A DNA stretch of 64,000 bases. Source: Cycas panzhihuaensis (Eukaryota; Plantae; Cycadophyta). The stretch spans positions 223,827,741-223,891,740 of the forward strand of contig CM041465.1 of the NCBI GenBank assembly GCA_023213395.1. Reading direction: 5' to 3'. Both the position numbers and the translations under genes were made by a program. Each line of letters begins with the position of its first letter. Positions within the stretch are counted from its first letter, which is position 1. The notes beneath the pieces are model-generated. The model was not told the DNA's origin and did not search any database. It worked only from the letters and a program-made list of their open reading frames with translations. This document shows, in pieces, positions 22,480 to 36,241 of this stretch.

Positions 22480-25400
22480 AATTCATGAACAGCCTCCTTT
22501 TTTTTCATGCATAACTTATGGTAAAATTTGTTAGAAACAATAATGAATGAATTTGGTAACTAACTCCCAATTTAACCAATTAATTTGTTAACAAACCCTA
22601 ACAAGTTTCAGATCTTTGTAGAATTTCATAATAGTGCTTTCTTTATATCATCTGTAATTTCAATCATCAATCACAAGTTTTATAATCTTTGCCTTATAAC
22701 TAGCTAAGGGAATAGTATTACCCAGTTCAGATTTCTGTCATCCTAATACTTTAGCACACCTTGTATTAATGATGACTTGGAACTTCACCTCTTCAATTCA
22801 AATCTTTAATCTATCAGTCGCCCTAATGGGGTCACCTTCCTCTCTTATTTGCATAACAAAAGCCTTAACGAGTAACCTGCTCTGATACCATGTTAGATTT
22901 TAATATGGAAAACATCAAACTCCAAATATACCACAAGAACAATAACCAAAATAGAACCTGTACTCAATTAACATAAGCATGACTCTAATACATTAAAGAC
23001 TCAATATGAGTCTCCATGATGACTTGCTTCAATATACTACCTCAACCACCTTTATATACAAAAGAGGTGGGAGGACATACAAGACAAGTAATGCATGTGG
23101 GACAAACACCTTTGTCCTGACTAATGACATTACACCAACTAACTTGACCAATAATCTTCTATCTTCTCACACAATATTATAATAACTCTTTGATTCTAGG
23201 ACTTAGGACAATGACACACATTAAACATTATACTCTAACACATAGCTTGTTGCCACTCTGACTCTTTGTAGGCTTCATCACAACTTCGTAGTTCAACATA
23301 AGAAATTAATACTTGATGTCTTTAGGATCTTGTCTTATGTTTAAAGAGATCTCCCTTTGATTCTTCAATAGCTTTCAAATACCATTTTGGTAACTTATTT
23401 CTATTTAGACTTGATCCTTCTTATTTATTATTCTTGGTTTGCTTTGTATCTATTAGTTGATTATTTAATTCTTCTTCTTCTTGGGATTTACTAAAAGTAC
23501 CTTTTTTGAAAGATATTCTATTAGGATTATCCAATATTTGTTCTTGAATAATCTTTATTTTTGAAGCTTGGTCACTATTAGCTAATCCTTTATTAAAGCT
23601 TTCATCAAAGATTACATCTCTTTTGATATAGGTTTTGTTTATTTTTTGATCTATACAATGATAAGTTTTAGATTTGTTGTTAAAACTAATCATTATACAT
23701 TAAATGCTTTTATCATCTAGCTTTATTCTCTTTGCAATATAGAATATGAACATAAACTATACTTATAAATACTTTTAGATGACTCACATCAAGCTTCCTT
23801 CTTGGCCAAGCTTCTTCTATACTAACCTTACCAAGAATTAGTGTGGAACTTAGATTTATGAAATCTATAATTGTATTAATAGCTTTTCCCAATTAATATT
23901 TAGTACTATTTTCTCCTTGAGAATGCACTAACCATCTCCATTATTATTTTGTTTATTCTCTTGCTACTCTATTTAACTAGGGGATATATGGAATGGTGAG
24001 TTATTTTTAGATTCCATTTAATTTGTAGAAGTGATAGGAGTTATTTGAGATATACTCTCCTCTTCCATCAGCCCTTACAGTTTTAATTTTATAGCCACTT
24101 TCTAACTCTACTTATACTTTAAATTCTTTAAATACATCTAAATCTTTTGATTTGTTAAAGATGAAGTATACCTATGTTTTCCTAGTAAAGTCATCAATAA
24201 ATGTGAGAAAGTACCTGCCATCATTAATAGAGTTTGGCATGATTGGCCCATATAAGTCTGAGTAAAATAATTTAAGTCTTTCTATTATTCTCCATGTGCT
24301 TTCTTGAAATTGAGCTTTGTTATATTTTTTTAGTAGATAACTTTTGTAAATAGATGAGTCAAGCACCATATTAGGTAATCCTTTAACCATATTAAATTTC
24401 TTTAATATTTCTAATATTCTATTTGTTATGTGTTTGTATCTAGAATGTTGAATTTTATTAAGAGAATTATTAATAGCAAAAGCTTATATAGGAGAATATG
24501 GAATAGGAGTAGAGATCAATTTATAGAAAATGTTAATCTCTACTCCTTTCACAATTATAATTCCATATTATTGTATATCACATATGAAACTATTTTTATT
24601 CTCATAAAAAATAACTTGAAGAGTTTTTTTTATCAATTATGATACAAAGAGCAAGTTTTTCTTTAAACTAAGAACAAATAACACATTACTAAGTTTTTGA
24701 ATTTTATCCTTTACTTTTATAGCAATTATTTCTTTGCCTTTAATTTGTAAAGGTGAATTATCACCAAGTTTTGTTGTTCTATTGTAACAATATAACTGAA
24801 GGGTCTCAAACCAATCCATTCTTCCTAACATATGATTTTAAACTCCCAATGCTATAAACAAATTATCATTAGTTTAAGTAGATGAAGCCAATGCAATGAT
24901 GAAAGCAAATTCTTCTTCTTCTTCTTTAAACTATTTATTGCTAAAATTTCATTCTTCTCACTTTTCCCTATAGATTTCAAGTCTTCTTTATGGATATCTA
25001 TTGGCATAGTATCTTCCATAATGGTAATAGGTTGGAGGATCATACTACCTATAATTATTGGGAAAATGTCCTCTTCTTCCACAATGATAATAAGGTTTAT
25101 ATTCTATTAATGTGTACCTACCTCATGCCTCATTAAATCTTTCTATTGATTTGGATCAACCTCCTTATGTCTCATTAAATCTTCCTCTCATAACTCTTCT
25201 ACTTCCTCTTAGAATGCTCTTGGGTCATCCTTTATCATCTAATTGTAACCTTGAAATAAATTCTTCTTTAATGTCTATCTCCTCTTTGTACCTTTTTATT
25301 CTTTGTTCTTATTGTAACAAGTATCTACATAAAGTATCAAAAGACATATTAGTAGCCTAGACTCCTACGATCAGAGTATTAACAAGATTATCATAGGATT

Positions 25401-28400
25401 TTAGCAACTTGTTAAAGGTCAACTAAATAATTTCTATGTTAGATAATGTTTCTCCAATGTACACAAGACTATTTTTAACTTTAACTATTTTAGTGACAAG
25501 ACTTTAAACCAATTCTCCTTCTCTTAGATGAATTTGATACAACTATTCTATGAGGGAGATGATTTAGGTTACATTTTTCTAACCATATAGGGATTTTAAC
25601 TTATTCTAAGCTTCAATAAATGACTCTATTTCACTAAGGTGTATTAGGAGAGATTATGCTACTAACAATATAATAGAAGTATGAGCATGTTTATCCCTTT
25701 CTTCTTAATTTATTAATTGAGTGGTGTCAGTGGCTCTAGGTTTAACCTCTTTTCTAGTTGAAATCCCCCAAGTATTTTTGGCTATAAAGAGACCCTTCAT
25801 TCAGAGCTTCTAAGCATTATAATTTTGCCCTATAACCTTATTAGAATCGTTGAGTGTATAAATTAAGGCCATAATTGTTTATTTTAATATAGTAGGATGA
25901 AGCAAAAGTACTAAGATAGAAGGAACAATGCCTAGCTACATGACCATATATGAAACTCTCCCAATGTGAAGATTTCTAAGTGTTGTTTCTAGGTCTATAA
26001 TTTTTATGTTGATATGAGTTTTAGAATGTCTAATAAAGGGATAAAAAAATTATATGATTACCTAGGATTTAAAAGTGATTTTTGCTTGGATCTTATAAAA
26101 TAATTAATATACATTTAAAAAAATAGATTTAAATAAAGCCTTATGTCATAAAAAAAGATTTTAAGATAGGTATCATTCATTGAGATGAAATCTAAGAGAA
26201 AACCATAAGATAAACCCCAAACTTGTGCCACTATAAAAGCCTGATTTTACATTGATTGAAAAGGATTTTGAGGATAGTCCTTTGGAATAAATTACTCCTC
26301 ATACTAAGACACCCCTACTAATAAAATTTTGTTGTAAATGGAGCACTTTAAAAATCCATTTGTATAGTTCCATACAATTCTGTATTATGATTTTAACTTA
26401 TTTGTAATTAAAAAAAGGCTTAATTTTTATTCCCTTTTATTTCTTTTGATTTTTATCTTTAAAAGACTTTTAATCCTATGATGACTCCCTTCACAAACTA
26501 ACCTGGCTATAATACTATGTTAAGACAAAAGAACATATGGAGAGAAAACTATCCTTCCTTGATTATAGGGAAGAGAAAATTTCTCAATATATATAATAGA
26601 GTCACAAGTATGGGCCAATACATGTAGGCCATATGTCTGACAGATACAAAGAGAGGATATGAGACATAACCCTCATTTTACTTAGGATCTCTTAAAACAT
26701 AAAACATATGAATAAAACATTAATACTTTAATAGATTTAATAATGTTAAGTTGACTTATGTAATGAACTAGTATGGTATATTGGGATTATTTGGATTGGA
26801 TTTTTATAAGATTGGATGTGATTAATATATTTCCTAATTTTTTTATAGGTTGAAATGATAGTTATAAGTTGATTACAGAGGATGTTAGGACTAAAAAACA
26901 TGAGGACTATACCTATAAAACATGTTAGTGTCATTGTTAAAATTTGAACTAAAAGGATTACCCATGAATGGTAGAATATTTATGGCTATTAGATACTAAT
27001 AACTCATTCATGAGTAAGAAGGAGAGATGGAAGAAATATTTAAGGCTCTTCCAAGAATGGATTATGGATAATGGGTGACAATAGCATAACCATGAGGCAT
27101 GGCAATAAGAGTTTAGTTTAAAAGGATAAAGAAATCTAATTAAAGGGAATGCATTATATCTCATGCTTAAAAATTTGCTTCCTCCCCTCTAATAAAAGAA
27201 AGATTATGTGATACAAATGGCTTGTAAAGGCTAAGAATAATTAGAGGGGTCATTAAAAATTTCCAAAGCTATATAAGAAAGATCTAATCAAGGAACATAA
27301 TGACTGGAATTTATGGCAGACTTTAGAAAACATGAATTGAGATGAAGGAAACATAAATTCTTAGTCTAAAGCTAGGGAAGATCCAAAATGGAGATGCCCA
27401 AGTAAAGAGTATTAGAGGATGAAATAATAAACCCAATAGATAAATCCCATGAAAATTAGACATAGGAGGAAGGTAATAGGATCACCTTAACCTTGATTAG
27501 GCAAAGGTTAAGCTAGAAATAATATAATTTTCAGTATATAGTTGGAGGATTACATAAGGAAATACCAAATGATGTTGTAGACAAAGATCCTTAGATTGCA
27601 TTATTAGAAGTAGATTTTAAGGAATTTATTTAACCATATTAGGTATTGAATACTAATTTGTTAGATTTAGATCAAATTAGTGGAGGATTTGCAAAGTCTA
27701 ATAAAGACCATGCTCTAATATTTTCATCTTATATAGATATGAAACCTCTATTATTTAAAGATATAATAGGGCTTTAATTTATTCCATGTGTTATAGTGAA
27801 GAATGATAAAATTTTTAATAGTTTATAGTATGCTAGTATAGGTGATATAATGCATCTTTTGTAACTTAGTCAAGCTTAAGAAAATTTTGGATGAGGATGA
27901 GATAAAAGCTTGGTTCTTTATAGCCTTAATAGGTGTTTCCAAACCCTATATTTAGTAGGAAATGATGATAAATCCTAGTCATGAGAAGTTATAGCAATCA
28001 TTTTTAGATAGATTTTATAGTTTAAGGTATTTTTTATCAATTTGGCAAGATTTAAAGCTAATACATCAAAAAATATAGGAATCTATAAGAGATTTTGATT
28101 CTAGGATGTAAATAATTATTAACAAAATGGATGTATAAAACTTGATACTATGTTCCATGACTAGTTATAAATAGGTTTAGGAATTGGAGAACTAGATGAA
28201 GAATGTATATCTTTCATTATAATGGATCAAAAGTCTATAATTGGAGGTATTGAAATAAGAAGTGATAACCCTATAAAGGTAAACCTTGCCCATAGTTCTT
28301 GATCTAGTACAAATATATTACCTAAAGATAGATTGGCTAAAGGATGAACTTGAGTGATTAAAGATTCTTTCAAATAGAAGGAATGCTTAGATTTTAGTAT

Positions 28401-30114
28401 CCTCCACTTGTAATCGATAGAAAAATAGAATAAATGAGCATGTAGAAGGTATGCGATATGAAATGTGTAAAATGAATAATCATAATACTTCTAATTACCA
28501 ATATAATTTAAGAAACATCAAAGAATAGAGAAAGAATAAATATAGACACAATAGGTAGATAGGAACTCATAATGTATGCTATTAGAAGATGACTAAGAAT
28601 ATGCCAAGACAATATAATAATAAGGTCCTAGGTACACATTTCTACTTATGTTTTCTAAAGGGGTATATAAGGAAGGACTTACCTTTAGAGCAAGTTAAAT
28701 AAGAATATATTTACAAAGAATATAGACAAACTAATCATGAATGAAAGGATTATTCCAAGGATCCCTATAATGGCAATGAAATAATCAATTTAGTGACGAA
28801 GGTATTAGATGAAAAATAAAAAGAAGAATAAGAAATGTACACTCCTATTTTACTCTAAATCTAGAGTGGCATAATTATTAAAGTGCTAGAAAATTCAATT
28901 GAATTTCCTAATCTTATAACTAAAAAGGAGGATTATTAGGAAGCTATTCAAATTTTATAGGAAATAGTGTAAAGGATGGAATCTCATACTTCCAATTCCA
29001 TGGAAGTAAGGGAAGAATTAAATCTAAGTGAATTAAGGAATAAATAAAGAAAGCTACTTTCTAACTAATAAAGGAACCATCAAGGAGTCCTAAGAATCTA
29101 TAACAAAAGCTATAGCCACTAATGGTAATATTGATATAGATTAATACTATTATATCATTAGTTTTAGTCTTTCAATGGTTAGAGATAGGCTACTTTTATC
29201 AATACCTACTATATCAAATTAAAAAACTAATGTTATAGGAAGTAACATGGAGACATAGATACTAAGATCCTGATATATATTTTTAGGAAGACTATTTGTA
29301 AGATAATCATTGATGGAAAAGTAGATATAAATATTCTATTAAAGAATATATTTATATCTATAAGAAATTATAATATAACCCCACCTTTCCTAAGCACTTG
29401 TAAGTGGAAGTTACTAAAGGGTGAAGGATTGATATTAGTTATTAAGATTTATGTATAGGCCACTAAGCCTTCCAATAAGATGTAAGCACGCTAAGGCTAC
29501 TAATAGAATCACAAAGAAGAAGACCCTTACATGTCTATTTAAAGGGTCAAATATCACTTGTAATAGTTGTTGAGTATTATTATCTTTGAGAAAAAAGTAC
29601 TTCAGTACTCCCTTTGTTATTTAATTTATTTATGATCTATTTACATACTTGTGTTGTTTTGGCTTTTATTTCTATTAGTCTACAAATATAAGGTTGATCT
29701 TCTAAGAGGAAATACTCCAAGTGGTATTAGAGCTATGTTTGTGATTGTAGGAAGTTTCTCAACAAGCCAAAAAATAAAAGAAAAAAAATTGACAGATTGA
29801 GTACTCTCTCTACCTAAGTAGAGATTAAAGAAAGGCATTCTCTTAGTACTCTCTCCACAGAGATTAATGAATAGAACTAGTATAACTCAAGAGTTATGAG
29901 AAAAAGGGAATTTCTTCCCTTAGGTAATACCTAATACTTTATTTTGTATTCATTTTTAGTTCAATTCATTTATTTTAATTTTTATGTAAGGTCATTAGTC
30001 TAAGGGTAGATAACATTACTTGATAGCTACTCTTTCTCCCTCTCACCTCTTTTTCTTGGGTAGATGACTCACTTAGTGGCTACCCAAGTAGTTAGGTAGA
30101 GACCCTATATTAGG

Positions 30115-33100
30115 TGTAATGAACTGTTATACCAAAACCTGAATCAAAAGAGAAAAATCCAATTGCATATGGTAACACAAAAGTAAAATTACATATAAGA
30201 GTATAAAGCATCAGTAATCACATGTATCGATGGGCCTCTTCAAGGGGGCAACCTCCAATACATAAGATCACAATACTTCCAAATGATTTTCACTCCTACA
30301 TTATATACATATATATAGGGCTATTAAGACTACCCGTCTCTTGGACTTATGAATGTGGGATAATTACAAGAATAGAAATATAAGATTTAAGAAGAAGAAA
30401 GATAAGGGATGGGTTCTTAACAAGTTCCACCCCTTTTGAAAAGCTTTACCCTCAAAGCTTGACTGGTCTAGGATGCTCTTGAATAAATTGCTCACTTTCC
30501 CAAGTTGAATCGTCGTGTGGCAACTGCTTCCATTTGATGAGATACTCTTTGATGTGTCGAGAGCGCAAATGCCTAACCCTTTCCTCTAATATTCATTCAG
30601 GTATCATTTGAAGCCTCCCTTCATTATCCAATATTGGAAATTCTATTTGTGCTTGCACTTACTGTCTAATTACCCTTTTAAGACAAGATACATGGAAAAC
30701 ATTATAGATTTTAGCTGTTATGGGTAACTCTAAGGCATAAGACACTTCCCCCACTCATTTAAGGATTTTACAAGGTCCATAAAACCTTGGATCCAACTTG
30801 TGTTTACCCTCTCTTTTAAGTGAAGTTTGCTTATATGGTTGCAAGCGCAAGTAAACCCAATCTCCTATTTGAAACTCTCATTCACTTCTTCATTTATCTG
30901 CTTGTTGTTTCATTCAATTATGAGCCAAGATAAGGTTTTCCTTTAATATCTTGAGTGTCTCTACAGTTTGTTGTAGATGCTCCTCCACTACTTGAACTCT
31001 AGAATTCTCTATGGTGTAGTTCTTAATTGATGGTGGTTCATACCCATATAATGCCTGGAAGGGAGTTGTTTTAATTGCCATATGGTAAGCAATATTATAC
31101 CACCATTCTGCCATGGGAAGCCAATGATGCCATTGATTTTGTTTATCTGACACATAGCATCAGAGATATCCTTCTAAACATTTGTTAACCACCTTCGTTT
31201 GTCCATCTATTTGTGGGTGGTATGTTGTGCTCATTGTTAGCTTGGTACCTAAGTCTTGGAAGAGTTTAGTCCAGAAAATGCTTGTGAACTTTGGGTCTCT
31301 GTCACTAAGAATCTTCTTAGGCATTCCATGGAGTCGATGTATCTCTTTTAAGAAAACCTCGACAATTTATTTTGCCTTATAAGTAGATTGAATTCCATAA
31401 AAATGAGCATACTTTGTTAATCTATCAACAACTACACGGATGGAATCCCTCCCATCTAATTTTGGTAATCCTGTGATGAAGTCTATGGATATTTCTTCCC
31501 ATCTTTGATTTGGTATAGGGAGTGGATGCAATAGACCAGGCATCTTACTCATTTCACCCTTTTGTCATTAGCACACTTCACAAGATGCAACCCATCTTTT
31601 TGTATCTTGTTTAAGCCCATTCCAATAGAAGGATTTCTTAATCCGTTGGTAAGTCTTTAGGAATCCAAAATGGCCTGCTATTGGAGAGGCATGTATATCA
31701 TGCAATATCTTCTCCTTAATCTTGGAATCAAGACTAAGATATATTCTATTTTTGTACCATAGGATGTTTGTTACCCATGAAAAGCTTTTATATCTATCTT
31801 GATCAACCTATAGATCCTATATTAATTGCTTTATCTTAGTATCCTTTTCCCACTCTTCCCTTGCCTCCTCGATCCATGAAGGGGTAATTTTTGTTAAAGC
31901 ATATAATATAAAATCTCCTTTCTTTTGTGATAGGGCATCAGTTGCTATATTTTCCTTCCCTTTTTTATATATGATTTCAAAATCAAAACCTTGCATTTTA
32001 GAGACCCATCTTTGTTGTTCCTCAGAAGCTACCCTTTGGTCCAGGAAATACTTCAAGCTTTTGTGGTCTATCTTTATTTTGAAATGGGTTCTAAGTAAAT
32101 ATTGATGCTATTTTTGAATTGCTTATAGGATTGCCATCATCTCTTTTTCATATGTAGACTTGACTAAGTCCCTGGACTTTAATTTTTGACTTTCAAAGGC
32201 TATGGGCCTCCCTTCTTGCATGAGGACTCCAATGCTTTGTCCCAAAGCATCACATTTAATGATAAATGTTTTAGTGAAGTCAGGAGTTGCTAAAACTGGT
32301 GTGGTAGTCATGGATACCTTTAGGCTATTAAAGGCTTCAGTAGTGGCATCTGTCCATATGAATGAATCCTTCTTTAATAATTCTATCAAGGGTGCTACAA
32401 TCTTGGCATATCCTTTAATAAATTTTTAGTAGTACCCTATTAAACCCAAGAATCCATGTAGCCCTTTGATGTTTTTGGGCTGTGGCCAATTTACTATGGC
32501 TTCAATCTTCCTTGGATCAACCTTGACTCCCTCTTGTGAGATGATGTGCCCCAAGTACTCCACTTCATGCCTTCCAAAGTTATATTTTGATATGTTTGTA
32601 AAGAGTTTATTATTTTCTAATAATTGCAAAGCCTTATCAACATGTTGAAGATGTTCTTTCTTTGTCCGGCTATACACTAAGATGTCATAAAAAAACACCA
32701 ATACAAACTTCCTTAGATAAGGTCAAAAGATTTTATTCATGAGCCCTTGGAATGTGGCTGGTGCATTGGTTAAGCCAAAAGACATGACTAGGAATTCATA
32801 GTGGCCTTCATGGGTGCGAAAAGTTGTTTTGTGAGCATTAGCAGCCTTGATTCTAATTTGGTGATATCCAAATTTTAAATCTATGGTGGTGAAAAGGGTT
32901 ACTCCATTCAATTCATCTAACAACTCATCAATCACTGGTATGGGAAATTTATCTTTAATAGTAATTTTATTTAATTCTCGATAATCCACACATATACAAA
33001 ACGATCCATCCTTCTTTTTTACCAATATTACTGGTGCCAAAAATGTGCTTTTACTTTCCCTGATGGCCCTAGCTTCAAGAAGTTCATGCACCAATTTTTT

Positions 33101-36100
33101 AATTTCATTCTTCTGCTGATAAGGATATCGATAAGGTCTGATGTTAGGTGGATTGCTACCGGTAATGAGTTTAATGGTATGATCTTGTTCCCTTTCTAGA
33201 GGAAGCCCCTTAGGAATGTCTTCGAAAACCTTACTATGTTTGACTAATACTTCTTACAATTCAGGTTATGTTTGACTAACACTTCTTGTAATTCAAGTGT
33301 TAGATTATTGTCCTTATGAAGATCTTCCTTTGTTACTAACTCATGCCCTTCTAATGCATAACATCTAGCTATAAGTCTTGTTCCTCCTTTTCTTAGAAAC
33401 TTCTCCATCCTATGTGAACTGATGACCTATGATGGAGGTGGACTAATTCCATTTAGTTGGTAATGTTGCCCTCCAGAGTTAAAATAAATGAATAATTCCT
33501 CCAAGTTAAGTTGAAAAGTACCTAATGTTTTTAGCCATTATACTCCCATAACCACATTGACTCCTCCCACTGGAATGGCATACATTGAGGAAGCCAATTG
33601 GTAATCTCCCATAGTCATTTTAATATTATGGCATTTACCTCTACAGGCTAATGTACCACCATTCGCAACCATAACTTAAAAATTCTTAACTGGATAAGGA
33701 AAATAATTTAGTTCTTCTGCAAGTTTCCTATTGATAAAATTATGGGTGCTTCCTAAATCAATTAAGATGACTACATTTTTTTTCTTAATGTATCCTATAA
33801 TCTTCAAGGTCTATGGAGTTGTAATCCCTATTAAAGCATGGAGAGATATTGTCGCTGTGTTCTCTTCTTCAATGTCTAGTGGTTCAGGAGCAATATCATC
33901 TTCTATAATGGCTTCTTCTAGATCTTCTTCCTGTGTATCTTCAATGATGAATAGTCATCTTTCTGAACATTTATGATCTTTATTTCACTTCTCATTGCAT
34001 CAAAAATAAACACCCTTTATCCTTTTCTCATCCATTTCTTTAGCTATCATCCTTCATATTGTAGGAATGTATGGGCTTGTTTTTTCTTCATCTATCTTAT
34101 TATATTTTCAGGTAGCCCTATTTTTAGCTTCAATTTGTCGAGCTTCTATGATTACTTCTATTAGGATACTTGGTTTCATCAAGCACAATTCATATCGTAT
34201 ATCTTCTTTTAAACCCCTAATGTAGAGTTCAAGCAATATTTCATTACTGAGATCATCAACTAGAGTGGCTAGTTTTTGGTGTTCTATAGTATATTCTGAT
34301 ACCGTTCCTTCTTGTTGTAATTTAGCCAATTGACTAAAGTAGTCATCATCCCAAATATTATCAAATTACACTGAAAGATCCTCCACAAAATTTTCCCACT
34401 TATATGATATTCCTTCACACTTCTTCTTTATCCATTGGTACCACTAGAAGGGTTCTAATTCCATATGTAAAGAAGCTAAGATGATTTTTTTATTAGATGG
34501 TACTTGGTGAAGACTAAAAAATTGTTCTATTTGGCTGACCGAGGTCCTCACATCTTTCCCATTAAATTTCCTAATTTCCACTTTAGGGAGATAACTAGAT
34601 CGTAGCCCTCCTTGGTCATGGTGATCACCTCCACTCCCTATCTTATCCTTCCCCTTCTAAGATCCCTTATCATGTTTTTGTAATCCCAATTGACGTATAT
34701 TCTTTTGAAGGTTTTCATTAATTATTTTAATATTCTCTTCTACCTTACCCATCCTTGAGCTCAATTCTTCAATTACATTGGTATTTTCATCCCTCGTTGG
34801 ATCATTTTTTGGGGCCATGGTTACAAACCTTGATTGAAGTTAAATGTTTGCTTTATAAAAGGTATCTAGAAAAATGTATCTACTAAAGGTAACCCAACTA
34901 GGGTTTAGTCACTAGAGTCAAACTAATAAAGACCAATAACACAGGGCTTTCTAGGTCTAGGATTATCTGGTTTGTAGGCCCTCTGATATACTGATCCCAG
35001 TCATAAATAGTATCAACTTGTAGAGGCTAACGTTCTACTCTACAATCATACGACCCCATCTGTAGGGTACGTGGAGAGTAACTTCCTAGGGCTAACCACT
35101 TACCAGTGTACTACAAATTACAGATGGTCGACAAGTCTCCTATGGTTACCTATACTAGGAATGCTTACCTAGGGGGTCCTCTTATATACTCGTAGGTACG
35201 TGGATGCTTAATTCTATAGCCGAGTTCTGTCTAAGGCTTGGTTTAGGAGTCCTTCACACAAGGGCAAAAAAAATTAGCCATAATATGCATAACCCAAAAT
35301 GACAGTTCCTCATGATATTTATAGACCCCCAGTACAGGGTCTCTAGCCTAGACCAACTAAAAAGATTATGAACAAAAAGTAAACTACTATAAATTATTAA
35401 GAGAAATTGGTAAAACTATTTTTCTCTAAAAAAATATAATTGAAAAATACATAAAATATGGATTAAAAGGATGGCCTCTAAAAATACAATTCTAATAGTT
35501 TAGACAAAATTAAATTATGATATCTAGATCAAAAGTTATGACTCTTTTAAGAATTTCACTATTAGGGTTTCTAAGGACTACAATAGTACCTACTAGTAAA
35601 ATGTAAATAACTTTTTATTATGAGCTCCTATTAACTTAAAACTACTTCCATCAGAAAGTAAATTAAAAAACACATAGAATAAAAAAAAAAATTAAGGTCA
35701 TTTAGATACCTATAGCCAAAGTTATGACTCTTTGAAGATGAGGTTGCAAATTTGTCTTAAAGATATGGTGACGGAAAAGAGGTAGGCCAAAATTAATTTT
35801 GCTGCAATTTTCATACTTTCACCCCAAAATCTATAGTACAACCACTCAAAATTTATAGGGTGAGCAATTTTGTCTCAAATTCACCCTCCAAGAACCCTTA
35901 ATGGCACCTCCTAGATCGCTGCTCTAATACCACTTGTAACAAACCGTTACACCAAAATCTGAATCAAAAGAGAAAAATCCAATTGCATATAATAACACAA
36001 AAGTAAAATTATATATAAGAGTATAAACATCCGTAATCACATGTATTGATGGGCCTCTTCAAGGGGGAAACCTCCAATACATAAGATCACAATACTTCCA

Positions 36101-36241
36101 TATGATCTTCACGCCTACATTACATACATATATATAGGGCTATTAAGACTGCCCATCTCTTGGACTTATGAATGTGGGATAATTACAAGAATAGAAATAT
36201 AAGATTTGAGAAGAAGAGAGATAAGGGCTAGGTTCTTAACA
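30115..36241 (-). mobile_element. Nested Ty3/Gypsy chromovirus, relatively young, full length
   Basis: LTRs at 30115-30422 and 35935-36241, perfect TSD TTAGG, PBS at 35921-35932, PPT at 30423-30436. ORF fragments of gag, protease (LIDLGSTHNF), RT, RNase H, integrase and chromodomain (EYLIKWKQLPHDDSTWE). Confidence 0.96.
30440..34818 (-). pseudogene. Chromovirus gag-pol with C-terminal chromodomain, disrupted
   Basis: ORF-track fragments 34108-34329, 32723-33094, 32426-32701, 32123-32389, 31817-32056, 31367-31552 and 30914-31153. Confidence 0.95.

Larger units (their letters stand above)
18539..23240 (-). mobile_element. Nested non-autonomous Copia-derived LTR element carrying captured host gene fragments
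   Basis: Highly similar 350-bp LTRs at 18539-18888 and 22891-23240, TSD tatag/catag, intact PBS tggtatcagagc at 22879-22890, PPT at 18889-18897. Only short gag remnants (NLPSSYHFLVQTLQ, ~20130-20310) and RNase H remnants (KKTKYMSIKLEYIR, ~18930-19040) remain. Confidence 0.93.
16833..26733 (-). mobile_element. Ty1/Copia LTR retrotransposon, decayed, interrupted by a nested element
   Basis: LTRs at 16833-~17032 and 26518-26733, perfect TSD GATTT, decayed PBS at 26501-26517, PPT at about 17032-17040. Minus-strand gag ~25300-25870, protease ~24640-24860, integrase (SDLYGP, FLTFIDDFTRKT) ~23700-24400, RT/RNase H ~17060-18530. Confidence 0.93.
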
